64,000 nucleotides of DNA from IMG/VR virus record IMGVR_UViG_3300035698_014118, positions 1-64,000 of that record; one strand, written 5' to 3'. Position 1 is the first letter of the stretch; each line of letters opens with the position of its first letter. A program made the position numbers and the translations under genes. Positions 39,748 to 54,600 of this stretch are shown here, one piece after another. Origin of the DNA: a virus. The notes beneath the pieces were generated by a model that saw nothing but the letters and a program-made list of their open reading frames with translations, ran no database searches and was not told the DNA's origin.

Positions 39748-41205
39748 ATGGAAAATACAATATCGAGTCTAGTACGTCTGGCGGATACGCTAGACCAAAA
39801 AGGCTTTGTCAAAGAAGCCGTTCGTATAGACAACATAGCAACCAATCTCCATAAAGTAAAAGTTGCCCAATACGTAGGCGTTCAAGGATATTGGATAAGA
39901 AACGAAAGATGTTGGAGCAACTGTTACCGAATTAAGAGAGCCAACAAGCCTAGTTTGGCTGCTCAAGAAGTTTGGAGAGAATGTCAAAACGAATACGTTG
40001 ATTCTGTCAATGATGGCGGAACGACAGACTGGGATAAATATGCAAACGAAGAAAACAGTGTTCTACAGAAATTTTCATCTTCTAAAGAAGTTATAGAAGT
40101 AATAGAAGCTGAAGCTAGAGCATTCAGGCAAGAAGTAAATAAGAAGGTTTCTTCTGGTATTAAATTTCCTGTAGCGGTTTATGCTACTATCAATGAAAAC
40201 ATTGAAAAGTATCAAAGTGATATGATGCAAGAAGCATCTGATTTACTTAAAGTTGCTAATTTGGTTAAAGAAGTAGACGAAAATACCTCTAATACTCTTT
40301 CAACTATTTCAACACAGATAACGAAAGAAGCCCAATTTGGTGCTTTGCAACAAGATGGTGGTAAGGGGCTATTCACCGCTCCTTTTGAAGCGTGGCGAGG
40401 TAGAAAAAGTGAAGGAGAGTGGAAAAATCTACTGAGCCGAATTAAAAGAACAACAAAAGCTATTGATGATACTTTTAATAATTTTAGTATCCAGCAGATG
40501 AATACTTTAGCTCAAGAATTAATGAAAGAACAATCTGAATTATCTCAAATTGCAGCTAAAACAAAATCTGATAAGGTTAAGCAACTTGTTCCAACAATGC
40601 GTAATATGATTACGCAATTTTTCAGTGATGCAAAATCGTCTAGAAATCCCAGAGGTTCTTTAAGTAGATTTAAAAACAACATGGATACGATGTTAATGAA
40701 TGCATCAACGATTGATCCTAGCGGGATTGATCCAAATGCACAAGAACAATCTCCTGTTTCTCGCAGACCGGGAGAACGACCTTCTTCTACAGAAGCCCCA
40801 GTAGTAGAAGGACCAGCAGTAGAAGATGCATCGGTAGAAGAGTCCACTGCTACGGATGCAGAATTAACCGATCCTATCAACCAACTTTCTGATGTAAGTA
40901 ATTCAAACTATAATCCAGATTTAGACCCAGAAGTTGAACAAAACATACATGGATGGGAGGGACAAGAATCTGCTGGTGATGTTATAACAGAAGAAGCTAA
41001 AGCAGCATATACTGGTCCTGATGCAGCAGAAACACCAGAAACAGACATATCGGAATTAGCAAGACAAGAAACATTTTTAGAACCTAAGATGATAATGAAT
41101 AAAGTACAAGAGTTAGCTGCTTCAGGCGATCCACAAGTGGCTAAACTTGGTGGCTGGTCTCATGTTATACAGCTACTAAAGAAACTAGATGTTTTGCCTA
41201 AATAA
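39748..41205 (+). CDS. Putative inner-head protein
   Basis: LVRLADTLDQKG..KEA..ID; KVAQ and KEAQ motifs. Confidence 0.6.
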   Translation: MENTISSLVRLADTLDQKGFVKEAVRIDNIATNLHKVKVAQYVGVQGYWIRNERCWSNCYRIKRANKPSLAAQEVWRECQNEYVDSVNDGGTTDWDKYANEENSVLQKFSSSKEVIEVIEAEARAFRQEVNKKVSSGIKFPVAVYATINENIEKYQSDMMQEASDLLKVANLVKEVDENTSNTLSTISTQITKEAQFGALQQDGGKGLFTAPFEAWRGRKSEGEWKNLLSRIKRTTKAIDDTFNNFSIQQMNTLAQELMKEQSELSQIAAKTKSDKVKQLVPTMRNMITQFFSDAKSSRNPRGSLSRFKNNMDTMLMNASTIDPSGIDPNAQEQSPVSRRPGERPSSTEAPVVEGPAVEDASVEESTATDAELTDPINQLSDVSNSNYNPDLDPEVEQNIHGWEGQESAGDVITEEAKAAYTGPDAAETPETDISELARQETFLEPKMIMNKVQELAASGDPQVAKLGGWSHVIQLLKKLDVLPK

Positions 41206-41289
41206 ATAAAGGATATTTGTAGAAACTTAACTAAATAATAGTAATTAAGGAATGCCTTTGGATAAAGGCGGAAATATAGGAGTATTATC

Positions 41290-41868
41290 ATGGTAAAACT
41301 TTACACAGGAAAAATCCCGACAAAGGGAACGAGTTTCGAAGATTTTGTTAAGAAAGTAACTGGCGGAAACGAAGTTAAGACCGCATCTGTTAAAGAGGCA
41401 GAAGTAAAGACGGCTGAAGAGGCAGAAGAAGCAGAAACCAGCGGACAACCACAGGCAGAAGCTAAGTTAGTCAATGTTCCTGATAAGGAAGAGGGCAAAG
41501 CTCAGGATAGTGGTTCTGATAATTCTGAAGGCGAAACCAGCGGACAACCACAGGCAGAAGCAAAGCTAGTTAATACGCCGGAAGTAAAGAAAGACGCTGA
41601 AGTAGAAGACGAAGAGACCAAAGAAGCTAACGCTGACAACTTTGGCGATAAGAAAGCCGAACCGTTTGGCAAGAAGACCGACGACGACGATGACAAGGAT
41701 GATAAAGATGATGACGAAGAGAAGAAAGAAGAGAAGAAAGAAGCCGTATCAAAGCCTGGTTTCGTAAGATTAGCAAAGCTTAATCCACAGACTAAGGGAT
41801 GGCTGAGAGATTACTGGCGTAACATTTATCCGTCAGACTATGTAGATGCAATGCTCGCAGACAAGTAA
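41290..41868 (+). CDS. Acidic, probably abundant head/scaffold-like protein
   Basis: KTAS, KEAE, KTAE, KDAE, KEAN, KEAV motifs; internal repeat. Confidence 0.6.
   Translation: MVKLYTGKIPTKGTSFEDFVKKVTGGNEVKTASVKEAEVKTAEEAEEAETSGQPQAEAKLVNVPDKEEGKAQDSGSDNSEGETSGQPQAEAKLVNTPEVKKDAEVEDEETKEANADNFGDKKAEPFGKKTDDDDDKDDKDDDEEKKEEKKEAVSKPGFVRLAKLNPQTKGWLRDYWRNIYPSDYVDAMLADK
41434..41561 (+). repeat. 29-bp direct repeat encoding ETSGQPQAEA
   Basis: gaaaccagcggacaaccacaggcagaagc at 41434-41462 and 41533-41561. Confidence 0.9.
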
Positions 41869-41897
41869 TCGTTACTTACTATAAAGGATAAAATGTT

Positions 41898-42647
41898 ATG
41901 AGGATTGTACCCTCTGGCCAAAAACGCGAAATGGTGGCTCAGTCTTTTAGTGAGGCTGCACCAGATTTCAATAATGATATCCTTGGCGCACCGACAGGGA
42001 TGGGAGCAGAAGCTCCCTCCCTGCCTGCGCCTAATAATGGAGATCAATCTCTAGACCCAGAATCGTTAGACCCAGAATCGTTAGGTTTAGAAAAAGAAGA
42101 AGAACCTACGCAAAAAGAAGCAGACATAAAAGAATATGTTTTCAAGAAGTTAGAAGCTTTTGGATACCCTCCAAGAAGACTAGAAGAATTCGAAGACGAC
42201 TTCGTAACGGAGAAGATATATCCCGGTGAAGCTAGGGAAGTAGTTATCGTGATGCCAGACAGGTATTACGGTACTAGAAAAAGTATCAGTAGTGGAGACT
42301 TCAAAAAGATTATTCAAGAGATACAAAGTCAGTTCGGATTGTCTTTCGTAGAAGCAGAAAGAAAAGACAAAAGAATTGAAATCAAGTTCTCATCTCAAAC
42401 AGAATCAGATGTAGAAGAAGAACCTGTAGCAGATGAGTTGGATGAGATTTATGGTGGAGGTGCAGGAAAAGGTGGCGGTAAGAAGAAAGCTAAAGGAAAA
42501 CCGAAGCAGATAGACCCTGCTAAAGCTTCTATCGCTGGTGCTGAGGAATCTTCTAAGAAATATGCTGAGCTAAGTAGCCGATTAAACAGTGATGACATTA
42601 GCGACCTTTACCAGAAGCTGAATCCTCAAAAATTAACGGAGAAATAA
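41898..42647 (+). CDS. Hypothetical head-module protein
   Basis: REMVAQ|S and KKYA|E motifs. Confidence 0.6.
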   Translation: MRIVPSGQKREMVAQSFSEAAPDFNNDILGAPTGMGAEAPSLPAPNNGDQSLDPESLDPESLGLEKEEEPTQKEADIKEYVFKKLEAFGYPPRRLEEFEDDFVTEKIYPGEAREVVIVMPDRYYGTRKSISSGDFKKIIQEIQSQFGLSFVEAERKDKRIEIKFSSQTESDVEEEPVADELDEIYGGGAGKGGGKKKAKGKPKQIDPAKASIAGAEESSKKYAELSSRLNSDDISDLYQKLNPQKLTEK

Positions 42648-42648
42648 T

Positions 42649-43299
42649 ATGGTTGACAGGGTATCAAATGAAAAGAGCATTGATTTTCTATCCAAAGCAC
42701 TTGGAGTAGAGAATAAAGAACAGGTTGCGAAACCTGTCGAGAATACCAAGAAAGCTGAAGCAAAACCGATGATAGGACAGCAGAATCTGGACACAAGAAA
42801 TATGGAAGGTAAGGGAGCTAGCGTAAGCTCAGCTACTTCTGGCAAAATTACTAACTATGGTGGTCCCAAAAAGCAAATGCAGTCTGAAACATCAAATAGC
42901 ATTTGGGATTCTAATGCTCTTGGTAAGTTACATGAATCACAGGATAATAAAGAAAAGACAATTAAAGAGAGAGAACAAATAGATCATTTGAAAAAGAGTA
43001 TGAAGCAAGGAAGACTAGATGACATGGTTGAATCTTTGCATAATACTGATACAAGAAAAAGTTCTACAGTTTCTGGTATGGCGGCTCATTCTGGATCGAA
43101 CTATCAGAAGCCTCAGAATGGAATCAGTATATTCGACTCTAATACTGATTTTGAAAGAGTTCCAGAACAGACTCACGGCGAGAAGATAGCAGAAGAAGCC
43201 AGACAACCTAAAGAGAAAGATGATTCTTGGCAGAAAGTATCTACTAAGAGAATGAAAGATTCTATTAACAGCCTATTCGACAATTTGAATAAGGAATAA
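42649..43299 (+). CDS. Hypothetical head-module protein
   Basis: 216-aa ORF with GGAG RBS. Confidence 0.6.
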   Translation: MVDRVSNEKSIDFLSKALGVENKEQVAKPVENTKKAEAKPMIGQQNLDTRNMEGKGASVSSATSGKITNYGGPKKQMQSETSNSIWDSNALGKLHESQDNKEKTIKEREQIDHLKKSMKQGRLDDMVESLHNTDTRKSSTVSGMAAHSGSNYQKPQNGISIFDSNTDFERVPEQTHGEKIAEEARQPKEKDDSWQKVSTKRMKDSINSLFDNLNKE

Positions 43300-43301
43300 T
43301 T

Positions 43302-44621
43302 TTGAATAAACTGTCACAACAATATACTACAGATTTAGATCAGCTTATTGAAGAGTTGAAATTAACAGGTCTTCAGGTACCAAATAATTTTGCAAATATG
43401 CAACCAGCAGAAGTCATGGCTTGGACTGAAGAATTAGCTGCTGATGCAAATACGACTGATGAAGTAGCAAACAAAATTAGAGATTTTTCGAATATACATA
43501 ATCAAGTTGCTCAGCAACAGGCTAATTTTATGGAAGGTGGAGAAACAACTGGTCCGGGTTATACCGGTCCTACTATTGGTTCCACAAAACCGTTTAATTT
43601 CAAAAAAGCTCAGTTGCTGGATGAAATACAAGAAGAACAGATGGGCGACCCATTGGGCGATCCTATGTTAGATGATTCGTTTGATGAAGAATTAGACGTA
43701 GGATTAGATGACGAAGAAATGAAGTTTAAAGATGGATCAGATTTAAAAGATTGGCTAGATCAACAAGAACCTGCTCAAGCTATAGAAAAATTAACAAGTA
43801 TATCTATCGATGAGCCTGTTATAGATACTCATGCGGACAACGATGTAGTTGATCCCATAGAAATAATTAAAGGCGGTATTCAAAGATTTTACTCAGAACC
43901 AGATCATGAGAGGTTAAGAATAGCTATGGAAATTTTCGATATTCTACCGAATTCAGTAAAAGTCCAAGAGTCTGATCAGGAAGCTGTCATTGACGCTCCT
44001 TTCGAGACTCAAGAAATAGAAAATTTTGCGAATGATATTATGAATCGCATAAAGAAAATGGCCGAATCTTCTGTAGAAAAAGAAGTAAAGCCATTTAACA
44101 TGAACAAAACTGCTCAGGCAAAGACCATAGAGAATACAATTATGTATGGTCCTAGCGAAAAAAGAATAGACCCGTTTGCACGACAGCCTGTATCTGATTG
44201 GAATGTTATTGAAAGAAACAAAGGTTTTGGACTAGTAGTTGATGATGTTTGGAATATAGATTGGGAAACAATTTGGCGCGGTACGGTAATGGACAAGTAC
44301 AGTCGTGCATATCGCGATAAAGATGGCAATTGGGTTGGCGGTTATATTCAAAAGAGATTTGAAGTAGATAAATGGATTCCAGAATATAACAATTACCAGT
44401 TGAAGCCGGGCCAGTTAAGAAAACCAAGACTTCCAGAATTAGGCACTATAGAATCGCGTATGGAAGCAATGCGAGAAGGTAAGGGTATTAATAAGCCTGT
44501 TTCGATGTCAACTGGCGAAGAATACAAACCTGTTTCTATAGGCGAGTCGAAAGGTGATTCTTATAACTGGCAGAAATCTAAATTCAATAAGATCACTGGC
44601 GCAAAAAAAAAAGTAACGTAA
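43302..44621 (+). CDS. Head-module protein; probably extended into 44642-45142 by a -1 frameshift
   Basis: KPFNFKKAQ and KPFNMNKTAQ motifs; ends just after an A10 run. Confidence 0.65.
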   Translation: MNKLSQQYTTDLDQLIEELKLTGLQVPNNFANMQPAEVMAWTEELAADANTTDEVANKIRDFSNIHNQVAQQQANFMEGGETTGPGYTGPTIGSTKPFNFKKAQLLDEIQEEQMGDPLGDPMLDDSFDEELDVGLDDEEMKFKDGSDLKDWLDQQEPAQAIEKLTSISIDEPVIDTHADNDVVDPIEIIKGGIQRFYSEPDHERLRIAMEIFDILPNSVKVQESDQEAVIDAPFETQEIENFANDIMNRIKKMAESSVEKEVKPFNMNKTAQAKTIENTIMYGPSEKRIDPFARQPVSDWNVIERNKGFGLVVDDVWNIDWETIWRGTVMDKYSRAYRDKDGNWVGGYIQKRFEVDKWIPEYNNYQLKPGQLRKPRLPELGTIESRMEAMREGKGINKPVSMSTGEEYKPVSIGESKGDSYNWQKSKFNKITGAKKKVT

Positions 44622-44641
44622 AAGAAGCTCAGCTTCGACCT

Positions 44642-45142
44642 ATGGGCGATCCATTTGCAGACAAATCTAGAAAGCCCAAAGGCTCTAAATGGTTAGAACC
44701 TGATCAATCTGTGTCCCCAGACATAGTATGTACTATATGCGGTTCTCAACTACCTTCTATATCTCCCGGTGATGGCAAATGCCCTAATTGTGGTAGCGAC
44801 TACAACGAAAGCAAAAAGATAGTCGGTATCAATAATAAAGCTCCTGATCCAAGAGGGAAGCAGAGAAATCCGTATGGTAATACTAAGCAACTTATTGTTC
44901 CTAATACAGCGTTAGCTGGAACGGATTTTATTTATGATGGAAAATCTGACAAGTTCATGGTTATGTCAGAAATAGATATAGCAGATGGTAAAAAGAAAAA
45001 AGATAAAACTGATGAAAAGAAAAATAAAGTTTTTGAATCAGAAGAGTTCAAACAATTAATAGGACCAAGCGATGACTTGACAAATAATGACGATAATCCA
45101 GATATAGAACAAACCATGAAAGATTTAGCCTTTGATGGTTAA
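44642..45142 (+). CDS. Zn-ribbon protein, likely the C-terminal part of a frameshift fusion
   Basis: CTICG...CPNCG; frame is open upstream through the A10 run and encodes KEAQ. Confidence 0.6.
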   Translation: MGDPFADKSRKPKGSKWLEPDQSVSPDIVCTICGSQLPSISPGDGKCPNCGSDYNESKKIVGINNKAPDPRGKQRNPYGNTKQLIVPNTALAGTDFIYDGKSDKFMVMSEIDIADGKKKKDKTDEKKNKVFESEEFKQLIGPSDDLTNNDDNPDIEQTMKDLAFDG

Positions 45143-45157
45143 TGCGAAAGGTGAATT

Positions 45158-47424
<2,267 letters not shown>

Positions 47425-47425
<1 letters not shown>

Positions 47426-47889
47426 TGGAAGACAAAAAAGCATTTAATTTAAAAAACGCTAGATCGTATACGCCTCCTAAATCACCTGGAAAAAGTAGAA
47501 AAAGAATACGAGACAGAGGTATTCGATGGAAAGAACAATATCATGATCGTTCTTTACCATTAAAGAAACGCTTCGATAAAGCAGTTGGTCCGGGTGCTTA
47601 CCATAGATGGGAAGGACATGATTATACAACTGACTCTGATTATTTTATTGTAGTAGGACCAGCTATACAGAAGTACGGAGATAAATCGTTTTTTGCAGGT
47701 ATTAAAAAATACCCTCCTAAATGGGAACGGAAGAAGACTTATGCCCCTAGCGGAAAATATTTTACCAACATATTGTCTGCTTTAAGCCACGCTAGCAAGA
47801 TGTGGGGGGTAACTTTCCCAGAAGATCAAAAAGACTACTCTACTGAAGAATTAGCCAATGTAGATATTCCTAGACATATGAAAGCATAA
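47425..47889 (+). CDS. Basic hypothetical protein
   Basis: Starts MEDKKAFNLKNARS; TAATG coupling to portal. Confidence 0.65.
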
Positions 47890-47984
47890 TTTAATATGTT
47901 TTAAGAAGGAATCATGTCTTTAAATAAAAATAGCATAACTATACATATAGTATGTTTATTTTATTCAGAAGGGTAATTTTTTAT

Positions 47985-48389
47985 ATGGTAAAAAAAGAAA
48001 TTGAATCTGCTACCGGAAAAATCATTACCCGGCAAACCGGTATCAGTATCGGTATTTTGTTACTTCTGATAATGCCCTTGATTAGTGCTTGTATTTTTAT
48101 AGCTTCTTCTAATCAAAGAATTAAAGTTCTTGAAAATGAAGTTACTGTTTTGAGTACAAAATTAGAAGAACATTCAAAATTAGGAGTTAACGGGATACCT
48201 CACCCTCAAGGGATAAAGGCAGAAATAGAAAAAGTAAGAAACGAATTATATTTAAGAACAAGAAGCAGGTGGACCGATGCAGATGACGAACATTTTATGC
48301 ATATGTACACAAATAAAAATAATCTAGAGATGGTAGAGCACAAAAACATTGTGCCAATTAATGAAAACGGCCCGCGAGGCCGAGATTAA
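47985..48389 (+). CDS. Single-TM protein with coiled coil
   Basis: GISIGILLLLIMPLISACIFIA hydrophobic segment. Confidence 0.55.
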   Translation: MVKKEIESATGKIITRQTGISIGILLLLIMPLISACIFIASSNQRIKVLENEVTVLSTKLEEHSKLGVNGIPHPQGIKAEIEKVRNELYLRTRSRWTDADDEHFMHMYTNKNNLEMVEHKNIVPINENGPRGRD

Positions 48390-48403
48390 CGAGGGTCAAA
48401 TTA

Positions 48404-48604
48404 ATGGGAATCGTTATATTAGCGACAATTTTAGGGACGGGCGCAGGCGTTGTAGGTCTTACTGCATTATCGATGGCCCCTGCCGGGTGTTCTTTATATA
48501 AAATGGTTGGTATGCCAGAATATAAAAACTCCTTACAAAAAGTGTCAGTTATAACTGCTGTTTTAACGACATTAGCAGTGTTGATAACAATTATATTGGT
48601 TTAA
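48404..48604 (+). CDS. Small two-TM membrane protein (holin-like?)
   Basis: Two hydrophobic stretches in 66 aa. Confidence 0.45.
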   Translation: MGIVILATILGTGAGVVGLTALSMAPAGCSLYKMVGMPEYKNSLQKVSVITAVLTTLAVLITIILV

Positions 48605-48620
48605 TTAGTGAGGAAATCGT

Positions 48621-51600
48621 ATGAGTCTTAATAAAACGGCGAGTATGACTTTGATTAATGTACAAGCATTGAACACTCCTGAACAATGGGAAGAATTTAA
48701 TCTTGATAATATCAAAATAGCGTCTGCTCAAGAAAAGGAAGCATTAGGTGGATTTGATATAAAATCTGCCGTTACAGGTCATCCAGATCATTTGTTTGTA
48801 AAAGTTTTTGCTATTAAGAAAGACGAAGTAAATGATAATGGAGATGCTTTCAGCGAAAAAGAACTACTTAAAGCATATCAAAGTTTCGTTGGAGTTCCTA
48901 TCTTTTGTAATCATCAGAATAATGACATTGAAAAAGCTCGCGGCAAAGTAGCTCACTCATGGTATGACAAAAAACAGGGTGGTATTTTTATTATTGCAAG
49001 AGTAGATAAGATTGCATATCCTAAACTTGCTAGAGGTATCGAAGAGGGATATATTACTGGCACTTCTATGGGATGTAGCGTAGAATATTCTGTTTGTTCT
49101 ATCTGTCATCATCGTGCTGCTACAGCAGATCAGTATTGCGAGCATGTTCGCGAAAGAAAAAATAAGAAGTTCAGTGGTAATGTTGAATGTCAGTATGAAT
49201 GCTTATCGGCCAACGATTCTTGTCCAGTTTGCGGTAAAACTCAGGATGAGAAAAAGATAGTTAAACATAATGCATCAACTGTTTTCGAACATAACTTCGA
49301 CTTAAAGTTTATTGAAAACAGTTTTGTTGTTAATCCTGCATGCCACGAATGCGGAGTAACAGAGATACTTAATCTTCCTGCAATAAACAAAAAAGTTGCT
49401 TCATTAAGAGAAACTTTAAAGAAGATTAATGAAACTGCATGTTCAGATGGTACTTGTAAACTTCAGAAAGTAGCAGGAAAACAAGAAGTAGACTATTTAA
49501 ATGATGCAATGGACAAAATAGAAAGAGTTGCTAAGAGCATGATGTCTCAGAAGCATCATGTTTCTATGGAATACGTAAGTGACTTGGTTAAGGCATTGGC
49601 TGATGTTCAAGGAATAACCGATGAATTAGTAGAGATGGGTTACACACAACTTCCTTCTCCTGTAGTAACAGGCGAAGAAGATGTTGATTTATCCAAAGAA
49701 TCTACTGATGAAATTGATCCTCAGCAACTTGGTGAAGCTCCTCAGCAACTTGGTGAAGCTCCTGCACAACCAGTTCAGACTACTGTAAGTCCTGCTGGAA
49801 TTGTTAATGAAAACATTGGAGATGTTGGCTCTATAACAAAACCCAAATATTCATCTAATATAATTGATAAAAAAAAGAAGGAATTCATTACTGCTTCTGA
49901 CAATTTAATAAAAAAGCTAGCATTATTACAGGATAGCATTGTCGCTAAAGAAATCGTGAGTGAACAGCAAACTAACAGCACAGAAAACATATCCGATAAG
50001 GAGTTAGAAATGACAGCGGAAAACGCGGATAAAGTCGGAACTGAACAGGACAACATGGAAAAAACAGCAGAACACAGTACCGAGGTTATTACGGAAAAAC
50101 AATTGCCTAATGCTGAAGGTGCTGGTGAACGTTGGGACGCTGCTCCCGATATCATAACTGAAAAACAGTTGGACAAGCCTACCGCTAATAAAGACCCTAA
50201 CGAAACTACAAGTGATAGCCCACAGCATAGAACAGGCTCTTATGAAGTTATCACTGAAAAGCAGCTTGATAGTATCGCTAGTGGTTATGTTACTAGGTGG
50301 AACGACTGGCCCAATGTTATTACAGAAAAGCAATGGACCGACGTTAGCCGTTGGATTGGTTCTACGCTGAGTAATGATCAGGATACAGTTATTAGCGAAA
50401 AGCAGCTTTCAGATTTCATGTCTCATCATGGCTATTCTTCTCCGACTTTTATTACTGAGAAGCAGCTTAACGGTTCAGACACTGAACAGACTAAGCGATG
50501 GGCCGATGACACTTCTGGAATGATTAAAGCCGCTGAAGATGCCATTTCAGATACTATTGCATATTTCATGAAAACTCCTACTGAAGTTAAAAAGGCAATT
50601 GCTTTTATTCATGAGAATCCTAGAAATCTAGAAAAGGCCGCTTTCCTTACTTTGATCAACTCGCTTCCTCATAAGTCTGATGATAGAAAGAACGCAAAAG
50701 CTAAATACACCTATCTATCTAAAATGGCTCAGCAAGAAGTAGAGGGTCCGGGACTTCTAGATGCTCTTGTAATTAGTATGAGCGACAACTTAAGTAGATT
50801 TAATACTGAAGATTTTATGTCAGCACTAAAGCATGTTTCTTCTAACAAGAAAGCTATGTCTCAGGTTGACAACATTGTTAGAATTAAACTCGCAGGCGAT
50901 CTTGAAGTTGAAGATGTCGTGACTAAGGAAGCTGCTTTTGAATCTGCCATTGCAAATCTTGATAGACCAGAAGATGGAACTTATCAGGTTAATGCAACCA
51001 TTGCAGAAATCGGTAAAAATCCAAAGAATAAATCTGAATTTCTAAATGCACTACATGCATTTGCTGGAAACGTTATTAATGACGATGGTATTAAGACAGC
51101 CATTACTAAGGTTGATTTGGATGAGAAAAAAGGTATTGTTGTTGCAACTCTTAAAAACGTAGAAGCCTTAACACCAGCAGAACAAGCTGCTATCGTTTCT
51201 CGACAAAATAGAAAACCAGTTGAAGAGCAGCGTGAATCCCTTGATGAAGAAGAAATGCTTCTGAATGGTAAGGATTCAATCAAAGGTGCGCCTAGAACTT
51301 ATAGCTCTCGTAAAGAAGCTAGAGAAGGACTTCTAAAATCCGCTCAGATGTTTGGCGGCGAAATGGGCGGTCAGGGCGGCGCATCTCAAGCACCTGGCGC
51401 TGGCGCAAGCCTTCCTCAGCCGCCACAGGATATGGGACAAGCTCCTGTAGAAAGCTTCGAACAGTCTGATCTAGGTGAAGTCGGTATGGACGAATCACTC
51501 CAACCGAAACCACCAGGTTCTTCATGCCCCGTTTGTACATCTGATGATGTAGACATTATAAATGGCGAAGGCAAATGTAATAACTGTGGTGCTGACATTA

Positions 51601-54600
51601 GTTACGAAATTCAGATTAAAGTAAAGAATTGGCCTAACACGATGGAAAGCAACAGAGACAGTTCTGAAGAAGGTGATACTCTTTCCGATGAAGCTAATCT
51701 GGAAGAAGAGGACGCTGGATTCAAGATGCCTGAAGGCGGCGAGCCGATGGCCGCAGCAGCTTCAACTAAAAACGACAAGACAAAGAAAACTGCTTCTGTT
51801 GAAGAATATGAAGTAGATAAATTTGCTGCAACTGTTCTTCTGAAGAAAGACGTTATCACTAAGGTTGCAGAAGCCAAGATTGCTCTTGGTTCAGTTAGCC
51901 CGTTGACTGGTAATACTGAAACAATAGATATCGGTAATGGAAAACATGTATGTTTGGATACTGGTGCTACTTATTCAGTACAGTATGCAGTTAGCAAAGC
52001 CGATCCTAAGAAAGTCTATGCAAGATGGATTTGGGAGCCAAAGACCGCTGATACTTGTTCCAATTGCAGTAGAGCTAAGACTGCTTTTGTTTCTGCTCTA
52101 AAATCTATGGGTTCCAGCGAAAAAGAATTTGACGAGCAAGATATCAAAAGCAAAGCAGAAACTATTTTGGCTATGAGAAAAGCTGGTCATCTTAAAACAA
52201 TCAAAATTGCTGAAAATAAAAATTCTGTTATAGAAGAGTATAAGAAAGCATACAACACTACGACTATGGGAGACAAATTCCCAATCGAATCGTGTAGAGA
52301 AAAGCTTGCAAGACGTTTTGGAGAAAATGCATTGGCTTTAAGCGGTCCTTGCGAAGGTAAACCTCTATATGACTGCGTATGTTCTTCCCTTAAGAGTGCA
52401 GATGTTTATTCTCACGGTCTTGCTATTAAGGTTGCCGAAGTTTGGAAAGACAAAGAAGCTTCTTCAGAATGTATGGAAGATTTCGTTAGACAGGGCTATG
52501 AACTTAAAGAAGCTGCAACTATATGCGAGCTTATGAGAATGAAGTATGCCCAGTTCGATGACGAATTTGCAACCGAATTAGAAGATGCTGTTTCGGACAA
52601 CTTAGATCAAGTAGAAGACGATATCGACGGTCCAGAAGTTAGCCCGTTTGATAATTTGGACGAAGGTGTTGAGGGCGTTGACGAATCAACCGTAACAATC
52701 GAACTTCCTGCTGAGTTGGTCGAACAGTTAGATGCTGCTTTAGATGTAAGTCTTGGTGAAAACCCAGCTATAGAAGATCATCATGAGGATATTGTAGAAG
52801 AAGAAGGCGTAGCCGATATTGCAGAAATCGGTGGAGCCGAAGATGTTGTTGATGACGAACCTGTAGTAGAAGTTGGCGTTGCAGAATTAGGTGAAGAAAA
52901 AGACATGGTTGGCGGCAATCCTGCTGGCGATCTTGGAGGTGCAGGCGGCATGGGTGGCGATGTCAATCCAGCAGCCGGTGGGCAAGTTGCTAATCTTGAA
53001 GGCGGCGATGTACTAGCTCCTGAACTTGGCAGCGATCTTGACAGCGAAGTCGGCGGAGATGTTGACGGTCTTGAAATTGAAGTTGAACTTGGCGGCGAGG
53101 AACTTGGCGGCGATGAACTTGGCGGCGAAGAAGGCGGAAACCAATGTGAAGAATTGGCTAAAAAGGTCTTGTCTGAAGAACTTTCTTTGGCTGATGCTTT
53201 GAACCAAATTCCTGAAGAAGAACAGGACGCATTGTTGGATGCAATAAAAGCTGTTAATAATTGTGAAAAAGAAGAAGGAATTAAAAACGATGTTGTTGAA
53301 ACAGTAGAAGAAGACGCAACGGATGTTGTTGATGAAGGCGAAACCTTCAAAGAAGGTGGCGAAGAAGAAACAGTTAAAGAAGAAGGACCAGTTGTTGAAG
53401 AAGATAAAGATTGTATTGCATCGGAGAATACCGAAATGGTAACAACTCAGACTGAAGAGGAAATGATTATAGAAGCTCAGAAAATGCGAAGAGGAAGAAT
53501 CGGCCATACAGGCGAGATCAACCTCGACCTCTCTGCTGTAATGAATGTTATTAATAAAGAAGCTGGCGAAAAAGAACTGAAACAGGAAAATGCACAAGAT
53601 ACTCCTGATTTGGGCAAAGTAAAAGATACAACTACCATTGGCGACGAAGATGCATTCACTGATGGTGTTGATAGTAAACCAAACGTTCCGTCCGAAAATG
53701 CAACTATGGGACAGGAACCTAGCGATTTAAATCCATCATCTGCTCCGAAAGTAAAGATTCCTGTTGGAAGCGAAAACATGGGACATGAAGAGCTAGAAGG
53801 TGGAGATAATAGAGCAACTGGTGGCGAGCAGGGACAAGGAACATCAAGAGCTGCTAATACTAAAGATAGAATCACTGCTTTGGCAGAAGGAATTCTTCAA
53901 GCACAAGCTAACCAGATTAAAGTAGCAGACGAAAAGAAAGTCGAAAGACATCAGAATCAAGATGACGAAGATGTAAAACCTTATTCTGAAGGCGACGGTT
54001 CTTTCATGGGTAACGAAAAAGAAAGTATTGAATCCGTTCCCGCTGCCGAAGCAAAGCCAAGTCAGGTTCCAACAACTGACAGCGCTTTCATCGGTAATGA
54101 AAAAGAAAGCATTGGCGACAAGCCTTCAGAAAAAGATACGCCAGATATTCCTGCCAAAGATGACAGAATTAAAGGCGAAAAAGATAATGAAAAGATTGCT
54201 CCCGAAAAGGAAGAGCAAGTAACAGGTATCACAGGTACCGGTCAGGGCGGAGTCATCGCTAGTAGCGATGCGGAGTCCAAGGTTCATAAGACCAACGAAG
54301 CAGCTTACAAACTAGCTGGCCGCATGTTGCAAAACAACATGATTGAAGTTGGACAGCTTGAAAGTAAGGTTGCAGAATTGAACAAGTATGAATCTGCCCA
54401 GTTGAAAGATTTGGAAACAGCAATGTTTTCAGGGCAAAAAGGACTCAACGCACCGTCAGACGGCATAGAGCAAGCCGTAATTGTAGGCGAAGTCAGTAGC
54501 GAAAAAGAAGCTCAGAAAAGAAACGAGCATATGATGAAAGATGCTCAGGAAGAGCTTACTGGACAGCTACAAAGTATCTTCAGTCTTGCACAGAAAAACG

